From assembly GCF_000315625.1 (NCBI RefSeq), contig NW_005434475.1, forward strand, positions 1 to 45,269: DNA of 45,269 nucleotides, in the 5' to 3' direction. The stretch is from Guillardia theta CCMP2712 (taxonomy: Eukaryota > Protista > Cryptophyta). The translations under genes and the position numbers were made by a program. Of this stretch, positions 25,145 to 37,006 are shown one piece after another. The notes under the pieces are model-generated. The model was not told the origin of the DNA. It searched no databases and saw only the letters and a list, made by a program, of their open reading frames with translations. The stretch's first letter is position 1, and every line of letters starts with the position of its first letter.

Positions 25145-26507
25145 ATGGCAGATGTTATCTTAGTTGGTGGCATGCAGATGCGCAGGCTGGACTTGGGAGC
25201 GATAAGAAAGAAGATCCATATTGCTCTTGGACCCGAGAAGATGAGGAGGTGAATGGCTATCCTGTGCTGCTATCTCAAAAATTCTGATCGCAATTTCGTC
25301 GCCTTTCGCCAGTTACTGGGATATAGTACGACGCTTCACTCAATTTCGGCTGTCCAAAGAAGAGCTCGACGTGAGTGCAAGGGAAGTTCTAGGCCCTGAC
25401 AATGTTTCTCTCCACAACAACCTCATCCGAGCAATATTCCAGAATGCTGTTGTCGGTAAGTCAGGCTGATGCTTTTGAAAAGGTTGGTTCCGACAGTTGC
25501 ACCAGGAACAGTGAACCCGCCAGAGGTTGAAGTCGTGCCTGCTCCTTTCCCTGATGATTCCGAGCCCACAAGGTGGGTGTAAATTAATTGTGCATTGCAA
25601 TATCTGATCTTTCTTGGTTCGACGGTAATAGACCAAACAAGAAGTCCAAGAAGAAGGTTACTATTGCTACTTCAAGCAACCAAATTTCACAAAAAGACAG
25701 GGGCATGCAGTAGCAACAGGCCAAGCCAATGCCTTGGGGGCACAAGGGAAGCTCTCTATTTTGCAGCGCCGAGATGTGGTATGACATGTCAAATCGATGA
25801 GCTCTGAATATGACTGTTATCCATTTTCAGGAACGCCCGTCACATGAGACAATCTGGTTGAATGCTCACGAAACCCATCGCACACAATGGAAAATATGTA
25901 TGTCTTTGAGAATTCATGATGTATTGCTCAATCGCATCAATAAGGTGATGGCGCTGATCTGTATGATGAATCTTTGGAACTTCCTTCCATTGTTGATGTC
26001 CGAAATGCTTTAAAACGAAGGTATGTAAAGTTTTTACACTTGCGTAAGCTAATGTTGATCAAGCCTTGCGGGTTTTATTTGACTGAGTGTGTAGGTGTCA
26101 AGAATGCAATCTTACGTTCGAACAAGACACGGTTGAATGCTTGCATGTCAGCCTCGAGAGATATATGAAGAATATGGTGAGCGAAAACTCTGCAAAGCAA
26201 GGTTTCATGTACCTGGCAGATATCTACCTTGTCAACAATCTCCAAGCTAAGAAGAGGAGTATGCAAGCATGAAGCAGACAAGGTGAGAAATGACCTCACA
26301 TTATGGCTCTGAAACCGGGAAATGAAGGAAGATAATTGGATCACGATAACTCCAAGCGATCTTCTGACAGCGTTCAACCTAGAACCGTGAGTGCTACATT
26401 AATCCACTGGTCTGCTGAATGGCGTTTGATGGAAAATTTGTAGACAATTGCTTGGGAACGATTGGTCTCTGAATGCTGAACGCATTACGATTATTCAACA
26501 ATTTTAG
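25145..26507 (+). CDS. TADA1: SAGA complex subunit Ada1/Tada1 (multi-exon)
   Basis: Spliced N-terminus RLDLGAIRKKIHIALGPEKMRSYWDIVRRFTQFRLSKEELD...LGPDNVSLHNNLIRAIFQNA; histone-fold region ELPSIVDVRNALKRRCQECNLTFEQDTVECLHVSLERYMKNM; C-terminus DLLTAFNLEPQLLGNDWSLNAERI. All match the SAGA-Tad1 pattern of plant ADA1 proteins. Confidence 0.88.
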
Positions 26508-26716
26508 TGTCGTCAAAGTCTTTCAAAAGGTAATGAGGGAGACGCTAAGAATTTTTTTCATGATCTGAGTCGTAATAATCCAAAAAGGAAGTCATTCAAA
26601 AATCTAGAGATATCTTGGACCACGCGTGCAGTTCCAGCACCCATCAATCTATGTGCGTTTTCACTGTGACAAGGCCAATGGAGAGGGGTATCCATCTGAG
26701 AATGAAGGGTACACCA

Positions 26717-29700
26717 TTATGACCAAGTTGGGAATTCGTAGGGTGATGTCAATTGAGAGTTTGCGGACTGGGAGAACAATCATTAATACATTGGGGATTC
26801 GGATGTACCTGAATTGCTGCAGACAGCTCTGACAACCAGATTTGATGATCCTCTCCGTTTTGCACCTCAAAGAGAAGTACCTCCAGCATTGTGATGAAGC
26901 AGAAGATCTTTGCAACAAGAGATACCTGTCCGTGATTGTCTTCAATATGCACATGCATTCTTGTCAATTTGAAGTCCTCTTCTTGCACTGTTTGATTGAC
27001 TATCTATGGAATCCTCGTAAGCCCAGCATTGGTAGTCCCACTCATTAGTTTTACCGAAGCCTCAAGCAGCTGAATCAATATAGCACTTTCGTATTGCATT
27101 GGCTCTACCAAGAGTGGAGGTAGTTCTTGTGCTCCATAAGCCTCATGCTGATGATAATGAAAAGAAAGCTTATCCATAATCAATGAACCTGGCTCTGTTG
27201 TCTTTTGACCGGTGTCATGGTTCCATCAGGGAGAGTCTGTAAAGTTTCACACAGATCAGATGAAATGTTTTGTTTACCTTGGTACGAATTCTGGTGCCAA
27301 GCAAGATATCGTTAAAGAGAAATAGTAACAAATGGCTCTCCGGACCTGTTCTCGTCGAGTTATGGTTGCAGGCTTCATTGCAGTAAATACAGAATTTACC
27401 ATCATGTTGCAATCCATCCGTGTTGATTGCACACGTACACGTAGTATAGGAGATTGCTTTTACCTGAAAGCACTAGGTATATGCACAAAAGTAGATCATC
27501 AAAACCTTTTTACTCCGGATAAGTCGGCGATGAGGTTTTACTAACGCAAATGCAATGTCTCCTGTAAACTTCAATTTCTGTGAGACACCCAGTACCAGCG
27601 GCGGAGAAAATCTAGCAAGTTACCTGTCTAGAAAGCTGTAGCAGTCTTAGCATGGAGTGACAATCTCTCTGAATATGACTGTCACTGAGACCACCGATTA
27701 GTTCAAGTATTTAACAACTTACTTTACGATAACGAAGCTGTCCAACTATTTGCAGTCCATTCTTGACATGGATTTGGATCTGGACTTCGAATCAAGGAGT
27801 CTGAAGGACAAAATCATGCGCAGCGGACCATGGAATGCCTTCGATCATGGTGCATAAGTAAATCACGTAGCCTTGCAAATCTGCGGTTGGATTGATCCAA
27901 TCAACCAATGGGCCAAAGGCATAGACTCAAAGGATAATTCACTTCGACAGAGAAGCGTCGAGGTGCTCAACTGGGTCTATGTACAGGAACAGACTTACTG
28001 ATATGATATACATCTCATTCCTAATCAGCAACTTACCCATAAAGTTAGAAATGAGAGATTTTTCCATTGAGCATTCCAGCCCTGTATACAGTACATGTGA
28101 ACGATTAAAGACATTGGGATATTCTACGTACCTGCCATCCAAAGTTCGAATCCATCATGCTGACGAAATTCGAATAGCCGAAGCATGGCCTATCCAGAAA
28201 TGGTTTTTCACAACACATTTCAAACAACAATCAGGAAATAACTTTTAGACCTGTGGAAAGTTTGATGTATACTGGCTCAAGGCAACGAGAAGTCTTTCAT
28301 TCACTTGGAGAATCTTTTTGAGATCTAGACGAGGAATTCCTAATGTACAATCAGCGATCTGTCAGCAACAGGCAAGAATTTACCAGCAATGCAAGCAGCT
28401 ACAGAATTTAATTGATGGAGCACAATACTGCGCAGCTCAGTAAAATTACCTGTACACGCGATGTGACAAAGACAAACACATATTTGATCTTTTTCACCAA
28501 ACATAACCGCAAGATCTCTTGGTGTGATCTGCGGAAAGTTCGGAACGTAAATCTTGCCAAGTTCAAATGTTGGTTCTAATGTGTTGCACTCCAAATTGCT
28601 TGAAGCTCTCTGCAATCAAAGAATTTCAGCAAACCCCCCCCTTATCATCATTCGAATGTCATGTCTTACTTTTTCTAGGGGTACCCACACAGTACGGTAT
28701 AAATGATCGAGAGACATGTAAAATGTTTTTTGACTCTTTGCAATGTCCATAAGTTGCACGACAATTGGCTTGATTTTCATCCAATGAATACCCCATACCA
28801 TCTTTCGTAAGAACCTCAAGATAACGAGTCCTGCACACCTTCTCTTTATCGCATCTCGAATACAATGCTTTACAGGCCCGGGAAATGACAAACATGTTCC
28901 AAAAAGCATTTTTCTCACAGACCACCCTCGAAAACATGCTTGCAATTTTCGAATCAAGTGCTCATGATCTTTGTCTACGATGGCATTCAGCCTTTGTAAT
29001 ATCAGTGCCGATGATGCAGAGCCATCAACATCATTGTTTCGTCCAAACTCGCCTTTGCCAACGTGAAACGAGATGAAATTAGTCACGAAACAAATACAAA
29101 TGTGTACATCTATTGATGCAGATCTGTACGGAATATCGTTTCTTAGCTCACAGGGAATAGGAAGAATTGATCTTTTTGACGACCACAATAGTCTGAGTTT
29201 GCCCTTGAGCTCCTTTTGACTGAAAGGATTGTCATAGTGTTCAAGGTTGGCAAAACCAAGAACATTTTTACCCAACAACTCCTCAGATATTCCTTCCTTT
29301 GAAAGACATCGTTTTCTATGACGCTCTACTAACATGCAAATTCTGTGTGCATGGGAAATCAAAACTGGCAGAACCTTTCTCGTGGCAAACCCCCGCCAAG
29401 AGGATTGTATTTGTGAGGCTGCCAAGTGCGCAGGAATCGGCAGGTTCATCGCACGTAAAACTTTTGGACCCAATGACAGAGTAGCAAGTGCTCGTGCACA
29501 CTCTTCACCTCTGTGATTGTGATCCCTGATTCTAGAGCAAAGTTGAACAGACATTTGCTGCACACGTGGAATCTTGCTCGTCAATCTTGAGGGCTTGAAG
29601 GGGATTCTCAGATCAGGACCCAATTCCCTTTGCAATGTCAAGTCCTTTATTTTCTGTGAATTTTGTATCCCTGGCTGCAAAGGAATGTGTCTTATAGCAC

Positions 29701-29776
29701 CTGCTCGTTCTGCTGCTGTCTGGTTCCAAAAGTTGCACATTTCAGAAAATTCTTTGCGTTCACGTTTCCTTTCCAT
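26717..29776 (-). CDS. IQ-motif + DH-PH (Dbl-type RhoGEF) protein, multi-exon; start uncertain
   Basis: IQ motifs AASQIQSSWRGFATRK and IRKLQACFRGWSVRK; DH-like helix IVVQLMDIAKSQKTFYMSLDHLYRTVWVPL; PH signatures LLLFLFNDILLGTRI and LLFEVQNGEDHQIWLSELSAAIQ; last exon SANSQLTSPYEFPTWS* after a 41-nt intron. Confidence 0.7.
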
Positions 29777-30234
29777 TCTTCTGATTTGTCAAATATTCTC
29801 TTGTTCTGTGTTAGACACCTTGAGGAAAGACATGCTCAGGCTCGAGGACAGACCCAGGAGTGGTAACTATCTCGGAGGATGGCCGAGGTAGGCCATGTCT
29901 TGATCTCAAGCACCAAGAGCCTCAAATCTCCTGCTGCCCTCGCAAGTTTCCTTCCCTTGCCAACATTTGAAATCCGAGTCACACTGCTGTACCAAGCCTG
30001 CCCAGCCGGGCCCGTTCACCGGCACCGCACCGGGGCCGGCGGCCTTTCTAATCAGTTTAGGTCAGTTTACATGTGCGCCTCAGAACTTGACCACCCACCC
30101 CCCGTCTAGCTAGGGTTTGAATTTAATAACCCACCAAAGCACAATTTGCCGTTGAGAGAGAGGGTGAGGATGCGAGCGAAGGAACTAGAGCGAAGGAAGG
30201 ACTAGAGCGAAGATTCCTGGAGGGTGAGATCATA

Positions 30235-30285
30235 GAGGGAGGGAGGGAGGGAGGGAGGGAGCGAGGGAGGGAGGGAGGAGGAGGA
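30235..30285 (+). repeat. (GAGG)n purine microsatellite in a divergent promoter/5'UTR region
   Basis: gagggagggagggag... read directly. Confidence 0.9.
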
Positions 30286-30418
30286 AGCGTGTTTTTGTTA
30301 CCAGCCTGCTTGAACTAGAAAGTATTTCATATCTTGTAAAGAAGGATGTGATTTGGAAAGAGTGATTTGTCACAGGCTGGAGAAGATGACATTTTGCTAT
30401 CACAGGTTGTATTCGAAG

Positions 30419-30934
30419 ATGAACGATTTAATTCTTGATGTCGAGAACCAGCCAGCTACTGGAAGGTCCGGTAAAATGCACATCCAACAACATGTGAATG
30501 CAGGACAAGGCAACCGAAGCAAGTCCTCAACGAGAAAGGCACTGGGAGATATCACTAACAGCAGGTTGAATGCCACTCTGGGTAAGTCTTCGAATACCTC
30601 TTTCCCTCGTAGGCAGAATGTCATAGCGTCATCAGCACAAGTGTCACAATTCTCTGTTGCCGCTCAGAAGGTTGATGATGCAACTGATGGCGCAACTCGC
30701 TGGATGGAGGAGCCTGCTTTCTCGGATCCAGTCTGCGAAAGCGTATTGCGGGACACTCATCAACTCCTGGAGGACAACTGTGCATCCAACGAAGAGCTTG
30801 TCTTTCCCTCATACCCCACATTTGAACCTGAGATGAACTTAACTTCTAAAGAATGGCATGCTTTTGAAGATGGAGACGATTTGAAGGAGCACTACGAAGA
30901 CTTGACTTTCCCTGAACTGAGTCTGGACGATTGA
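30419..30934 (+). CDS. Small D-box protein with acidic C-terminus, securin/PATRONUS-like candidate (171 aa)
   Basis: Single open frame MNDLILDVENQP...STRKALGDITN...EDLTFPELSLDD; canonical RxxLxxxxN destruction box at 30533-30559; no cyclin box follows. Confidence 0.7.
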   Translation: MNDLILDVENQPATGRSGKMHIQQHVNAGQGNRSKSSTRKALGDITNSRLNATLGKSSNTSFPRRQNVIASSAQVSQFSVAAQKVDDATDGATRWMEEPAFSDPVCESVLRDTHQLLEDNCASNEELVFPSYPTFEPEMNLTSKEWHAFEDGDDLKEHYEDLTFPELSLDD

Positions 30935-31077
30935 GAGCAGGTCAACAATTATTGTAATTTAATGCTATTCCACAACATACAAGAAGTGAGACAGATTACC
31001 TTCTTCTGCTTGTGTAGGACAAACAGTAAACGCAAACATCTTTTAAGATACTGTAACATGCACGCGCATTTTCATCA

Positions 31078-32006
31078 CTAGATGATTATATAAGCATGGG
31101 CAGTGCTATTGTAGCACCCAACGGACATCACACAATCACGAGCAGCTTTGGAGAACTCTAGTTGCTCTTTTTGAAAGGCCACGAGCCCGAGAGGAAAAGA
31201 GAGATCAACTGCAGCACTCTCAGAATTTCGCATAAAGATTTCCATACGGTTTACAATGGTGCCCAGAACAATAAATGGGCCCATGGATATCAAAAAGCCC
31301 TTGAATCCACAGAACCTTCCCAGAAAATAACGTGAGTCGTCAATGCGAAGTTTCAGGCAAGAAAAGACCTTGCCCGAAAGAAAATGATGTACCAAAGCTG
31401 GAGCATTTCATAATTATTCCAGCCATCGTATTTCATGAGATTAAGAGTATGCGCCACGTGATGATTGCAGTTTGGGTAGATCAAGCAATGTATCTTTTTT
31501 CGAAAGTCATCCGCCCCCTGTATTCAGCATGGCAATGAGCGGACAATATCATTCATCAACGGTGTTACCATATCAACACACTTGTCCCATCGCTCTTCTG
31601 CCGTATTGCCTTCCACAGATGATCTCACTTTGTTTGGATCGAGTGGGAGGTACCTAGTTGCCTACAGGCAGGATTATCGCGGGAAAGCAACAAGAAGCAA
31701 AGTTGGAAGACCTTGCCAAGCATCATTCTTCCTTCTTCAACATAATAAGGACCCTGAAAATCATGTACAATTCCATGGGAATCACTGCATGAAAATCAGT
31801 GAATTCGGCAAAAAAACATTTTCCTCACCATATGCCTGTATGTCCTATCATCGGGATAATCCAAGTGAGCGGAGGGAAAGGTTGCCACACGATTGAACAT
31901 GGAAACCTGTTCACAACTCACATCTATGCTCACCATACCTTGTACGAGGTATGGGATCCACTTGCCTGTTCATTTTCATGTTTATCCCTCCACACTCCTC
32001 TTGCAT
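31078..32006 (-). CDS. TMEM222: TMEM222 / RTE1-like (DUF778) membrane protein, multi-exon
   Basis: Spliced RFPCSIVWQPFPPLTWIIPMIGHTGI and GADDFRKKIHCLIYPNCNHHVAHTLNLMKYDGWNNYEMLQLWYIIFFRARFCGFKGFLISMGPFIVL match the family's FP.C.VW.P.P...W..P.IGH.GI and NCH.HVA..LN motifs. Confidence 0.9.
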
Positions 32007-32201
32007 TGCTCTTGAGCTTTGAAGCTGGTGTGCCAAGCGAAATTTCTCTACAAAATTCAAATGTCACAGATATTATTTCAAGATTTATCATGATTTTTAT
32101 TTGAATGTAATATCAAATATTTCTACTAAATTTGAATATGTATGTATCATATGAAAAACATATTGAAAATGCCTGGTCACGTGATCACACGCGCCGACGG
32201 C

Positions 32202-34702
32202 ATGTCCACGAATGGCTCCGTCCCTGCAGGTCAGAGGCGGGGCAGACCCCTGCCCCCTCCTCCTCCTCCATCCCCCTACATGCCCTGCTGCTTCATCTCG
32301 TGCCTCTCCGCCTTTCCTCACTTCCTGCCTCTCTCCTCGATATGCGTGGAGCTTCTTATCCGTCCCCTTCAGGGACCGTGGCACCGCCGAATCCTCAGGC
32401 CGCACCAGCACCACCACCGGCAGGCTACGTACCGCCGAGTGCGTGCCAATCAGTTTGCCTCCTTGCATTTAGTTTTGATTGCCGATGCAGCATATGCTCC
32501 ACAACAAGCGTATCCTCAACAGGTGGACTAGTTACACACTTCACTCAGTTGATTTCAATTGCGTCAGGCATATCCAGGGTATCCTCCAGTTGCTCAGCCC
32601 TACGGTCCACTAGCTCGTCAGAATTGAAGACCTCCTGCAGCTAAACCTGCACACAGGCTACCCCCCTCAACCATATGGATACCCTCCTCAAGGATACCCA
32701 GGATATCCTGCATATCAGGTGAAGCAGCTTGCGCGAAGTGGACGGTTTTCTGATTCAATGATACCGTGTGTGAAAAGGCGATGCCCCCTGCGACTCCCAT
32801 GGTTTCACCGCATATTCAGGTTCTCTTTGTTGATGAGAAGGGTGTCGGTGAACAGGTCAGCACAGAGACCGCCAACCACCCAGATATCGTTGCCGCCGCC
32901 GCCAACAACCAACACTGTTCAATCATTCACCAACACAGGGGTTGAAAAGAAAACTTCACTTTACGTGGGAAAAATTCCTGAAGGAATTCCGGATGACAAA
33001 GTGAAGGAATTACTTGAGGTAAGGTTTGATCATGAACTTGTGGTGAAGTATCTTGTGGCAAGGAGCGTGTAAGCTTGTGGGAGACTAATGTATAGCAAGG
33101 ATGATTGTAGTATGATTTCCCCGCTTGCTTTCTTCGATGTTGAAGAACTGCTTCGATGATGACAATCTATGCATTACCTGGGCTACTCCACGTACGTGGG
33201 TCTTGACTTGAATGCTCAAATTATTTGTTCGTGTGATGCAGAATGGAATTCTAATATTTGTATCATTACCATCATCTTTGTAGTATGTTGATACCATGTA
33301 ATTGTTCGATTGTTCAAAATTTGTGTTTTTCTCCCTTTTTCGGCCCTATTGAATAACACTTTACGCAAAGATATGCGGCACAGTCGTTTCATGGAAGCGC
33401 GTGGAAGATGTAGAAACCAAAAAGCCGAAAGCATTTGGATTTTGTGAGGTTCATAGATTTGCCATTTCATTTGCGGTACTCACTTGAACAGTATGAGAAG
33501 GCTGAACACGTCATGCGTGCTTTGCGATTGCTCAATGGATATAAGGTGAAAACCATGCTTTGTGTGCTCCATCCTCTACTTTCTATTTCGACTTCAGGCT
33601 TGTATTTGATCTGCGTTAGCCTACCTGGTTGCCCGCTCCTGATTTGGATCTTCGTAGATTGGACCAGCTGAGCTCTTGGTCAAAGTCGACTCAAAGACTC
33701 AAGTTTGATCAAACTGGATTCATTCTAGAAGGTGGCCTAATCTTTCTTGTTTCGATAGGCATATTTGGATGATTTTGTTGTTCGCAAGAAGGCTATTCTT
33801 TTGCAAGTGAAGGTGGGCTCATTGATTTTGCTCTGTGGTACACGACTCAATGATTTGTTGCAGGAGAAAGACGCTGCCGCACATATTGAAGATTTTGACA
33901 AATCTCAGGCGGTCGGCGTTTCCCCCCTATTTGTGCGTTTAGGCTTTCTTGTGATCGATTAAACTTCAGGACGAAGACGTGCGCGTGGTGGAGGAGCTGA
34001 AACGTTTCTACGAAAGGTAAACATCTATGTTGTGTTGACTCCGTAAGTTAACACAAGAAATAGTCTTCAAAAGGATGGAATTGTTGCTGCTGTTGAACGT
34101 AGATTGCAATCAGCAACTGCAGATCCAAAAGAAGAGGGCAAGGAGCGTTCCGGTCGTGACCGTGATAAAGACCGAGAGCGGCATGTTCTGCTGGGGGGCA
34201 ATGCTTGTTTCTGATGTTCATTATCAGTGATCGCGAGAGAGACCGGGTTCGCAACAGGGATCGAGATCGAGATAGAGACCGGGACCGAGAAAAAGACCGA
34301 GAAAAAGACCGAGAAAAAGACCGAGAAAAAGATCGAGAAAAAGACATGGTAGAAAAAGACAGGGAGAAGGAGAAGGATCGGGAGAAGGAGAAGGATCGGG
34401 AAAAGGACAAGGATCGGGATAGAGATAGGGAACGCGACAGAGACAGAGATCGAGAGAAAGATAGGGATCGTCGCGATAGGTATGTCTTTCAAATTTGATC
34501 TGATCTGAGGTCCAATTACCTGACGTGATCCCACCCTACCAGGTCGCGTGAACGAGACAGACACAAGGATAGACGCAAATCCAGGTCACGAGACAGGTTT
34601 TCCACTGGTATCGATCAATGATTTCACGCGTGACTGAGTGTGTCAGACGTCGTTCCAGATCTCGTGACCGTGAACGCGATCGCTCGCGCGAGCATCGAGA
34701 AC

Positions 34703-34754
<52 letters not shown>

Positions 34755-35957
34755 GAAAGATAAGGAAAGAGAAAAAGATAGGTAATTCTTATTGGGATGG
34801 AATGTTAGGGTCAATAAGATGATTCCGCAGAAAAAGTCGCCGCAGTGAAAAGCAAAGCGACCCTGAGCAAGCTTCGAAGTTGCTTTGCTTTTTCTGTTCT
34901 TGTATATTCAATACTGACATTTGGAATCAGTTTCCTTGCATCCGCACTTGGTGAGGTACGGAACCCATCTGAGCAAGATAATGCTGGGAAGCAAGAAGTT
35001 GGCGAATCTGTGGATGAATCAGCAATTTTGAAAGTTGATGGGCCTTTGGGCTTGAAGGTAGATGCTGAATTGTGGATAGGTTTAGCCATGCTCATGCTTC
35101 TGCTTCAGTTAGGTGTTGGAGTGAATGCGAAGAAGAGCAGCTCTGCGAAAGTTGCCCCTACTTCGGTTCCGCATGCCATGTCAATGCATGAGGTTACTGA
35201 CACCTTGTAATCAGCTCTTCAATGCGGACGAAGAGGAGGAAGAAAGAGAACGCGAGAAACAACAAGTATGCCATTTTCTTTCTATATTTGATGTCAGGTC
35301 ATGTACTGCGGCAGCGAAAGAAGATGAAGATCGAACGCATTGATTATGGTATCCGCGTGTTATTCTCTCGACTTAGTGTAATCGCGGATGAAGGCGAGCA
35401 TGCCCTCGACGTTGACAAGAAGAAGGATGCACAAACTGCAAAGAACATCATCGACCAAATTCCCACAGAAATCGAGGAGCTTTTTGCCTTTCCCGTCAAG
35501 TGGGAAGTGCTTGACAAGTACATCTGCATACGTGGTTGGTGTTGCTCGTTTCATGTTCTTTCAGATACAAGTTGGCCGACACAAAGCTTCAGCCGTGGGT
35601 TCAAAAGAAAATTGCTGAATATCTGGTCAGTTGACTTGATCATGAGCTTTCCTCTGAGAGTTTCTCTCACCTAATGGTGGACCCCAGGGTGAGGAGGAGC
35701 CTACGCTGACCGGCTACATCATTGCTATGATAAAACAGCACAAAACCCCGCAGGTCCTGTAGATATAGATGTCGATTGTGCATTTGATGTTGCTTACAGG
35801 ACATTTTGCAAGAAGTGACTGGAATTCTCGACTCGGACTCGCAAATATTTGTTGTCAAGGTACTTATTAATTATCCAGGGCAAGAAAGGCGTGACGAGAA
35901 TGTTTGCAGTTGTGGAGGATGATGATCTTCGAGATTCTCAAGGCAGATGCAGTATAG
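32202..35957 (+). CDS. RBM25: RNA-binding protein 25 / Snu71-like splicing factor (Pro-rich, RRM, RD/RE-rich, PWI), many exons
   Basis: [13 protein letters not shown]...[36 protein letters not shown]; RD/REKD repeats at 34230-34780; [22 protein letters not shown]...[20 protein letters not shown]...[12 protein letters not shown], stop at 35955-35957. Confidence 0.92.
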
Positions 35958-36059
35958 CTTGTCTTGTCTGTACACCTTGAACTTTCGTCACGTAAATGAT
36001 CAAATTGGATTGAAGCAGAGGAGCCCCATCACGTCTTGTACTTAGTCTCTTTCACAGCG

Positions 36060-36657
36060 TCAGAATCCCCCGGCTCTGCAACTCCTCTTCCATCTCATGC
36101 GCATACATGCCAGCCACTGACATGCCAACGCTTACAATGTCTCTGCGCCGCCAGGCACTCACCTTCTACACTCTCGATCTCCTCACCCTAGCAAGGGCCC
36201 ATGTCAACACCTAAGACCAACATAAGAGACAACCTTGTCGTTGAAGAAGGTGATGGAAGGGCTCAGGCTGCCGTCATCGTAAAGGCTCAGGCCCAGACTT
36301 GGGTAGCTCTTGAGATTGTCGTTAATGAACTTGCGAACCTGCAAGAAACTCTGAGGTCCGCCCAAAGGTTTCTTCTTTACCTGCGGGTAGTACTGTCTGC
36401 AGATCCCATCACAAACCTTGAGGTCCTGCAACAAACAACAATCTCAGCGGCTCCAACTGCTATCAAGACACGAACAACAACCGCTCTTGCTGCCTGCTTG
36501 CACCCCTCGTTGGGACACACCTCGACTCTGAACAACAGGAGATGAGCCAGCGTCGAAGTTGATGCCACCAAGGCACTCACCTCTTTCTCTCTACTTGTGC
36601 ACAGAGGACAAGAATGAGGCTCAGGAAGGAGATGAGCGCTAGTCCCTCCCCCCTCAT
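36060..36657 (-). CDS. Secretory thioredoxin-like Sep15/SelM-family protein, Cys-only homolog (117 aa, 6 exons)
   Basis: Hand-spliced with phase-consistent GT-AG introns: MRGEGLALISFLSLILVLCAQVERKRVEVCPNEGCKQAARADLKVCDGICRQYYPQVRKFINDNLKSYPSLGLSLYDDGSLSPSITFFNDKGEEIESVEVAGMYAHEMEEELQSRGF*. The PQV..F.......Y..L...P...F....GEE.E......E....L...GF pattern is that of SelF/SelM. Confidence 0.75.
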
Positions 36658-36930
36658 GAGCGCCTGATCACTCAGAGGTCAGGAGAGGTCCAAGAGTCAC
36701 GAGCCTAGTTGAGAGCAAGGAAGGAGGAAGCAGCAACAACGAGGGACCCCCCACCCTCCTCTCCTTCATCACCCCTGCCATCGTCCCAGACCCACCCTCC
36801 CCAAAAAGAAGGGTAGTTCTGGTTCTGCCGACCGGTGCCGAAAGGATCAGGGTAGGATGGCCAGGCATGGGGAGCCACATGAGGATGCTGTTGCCACCAC
36901 AAGGTAGCGAGCGAGAGATGAGAAGAGACA

Positions 36931-36991
36931 AGGTTTCAGGTTTCTAGGTAGACACTCTTCCATCTAGGTTTCAGGTTTCTAGGTAGACACT
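36931..36991. repeat. 26-nt direct repeat, period 35
   Basis: aggtttcaggtttctaggtagacact at 36931 and 36966. Confidence 0.9.
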
Positions 36992-37006
36992 GCTTCCAAG
37001 TGACCC

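Noticed and set aside
33156-33300. C/D snoRNA in the long RBM25 intron (ATGATGA present)
   Set aside because: No properly placed CTGA D box, terminal stem or recognisable rRNA antisense element; the poison-exon reading fits better.
34048-34822. Minus-strand (SR/SL)n and plus-strand (GT)n ORFs
   Set aside because: Alternative readings of the RD/RE-coding repeats of RBM25.
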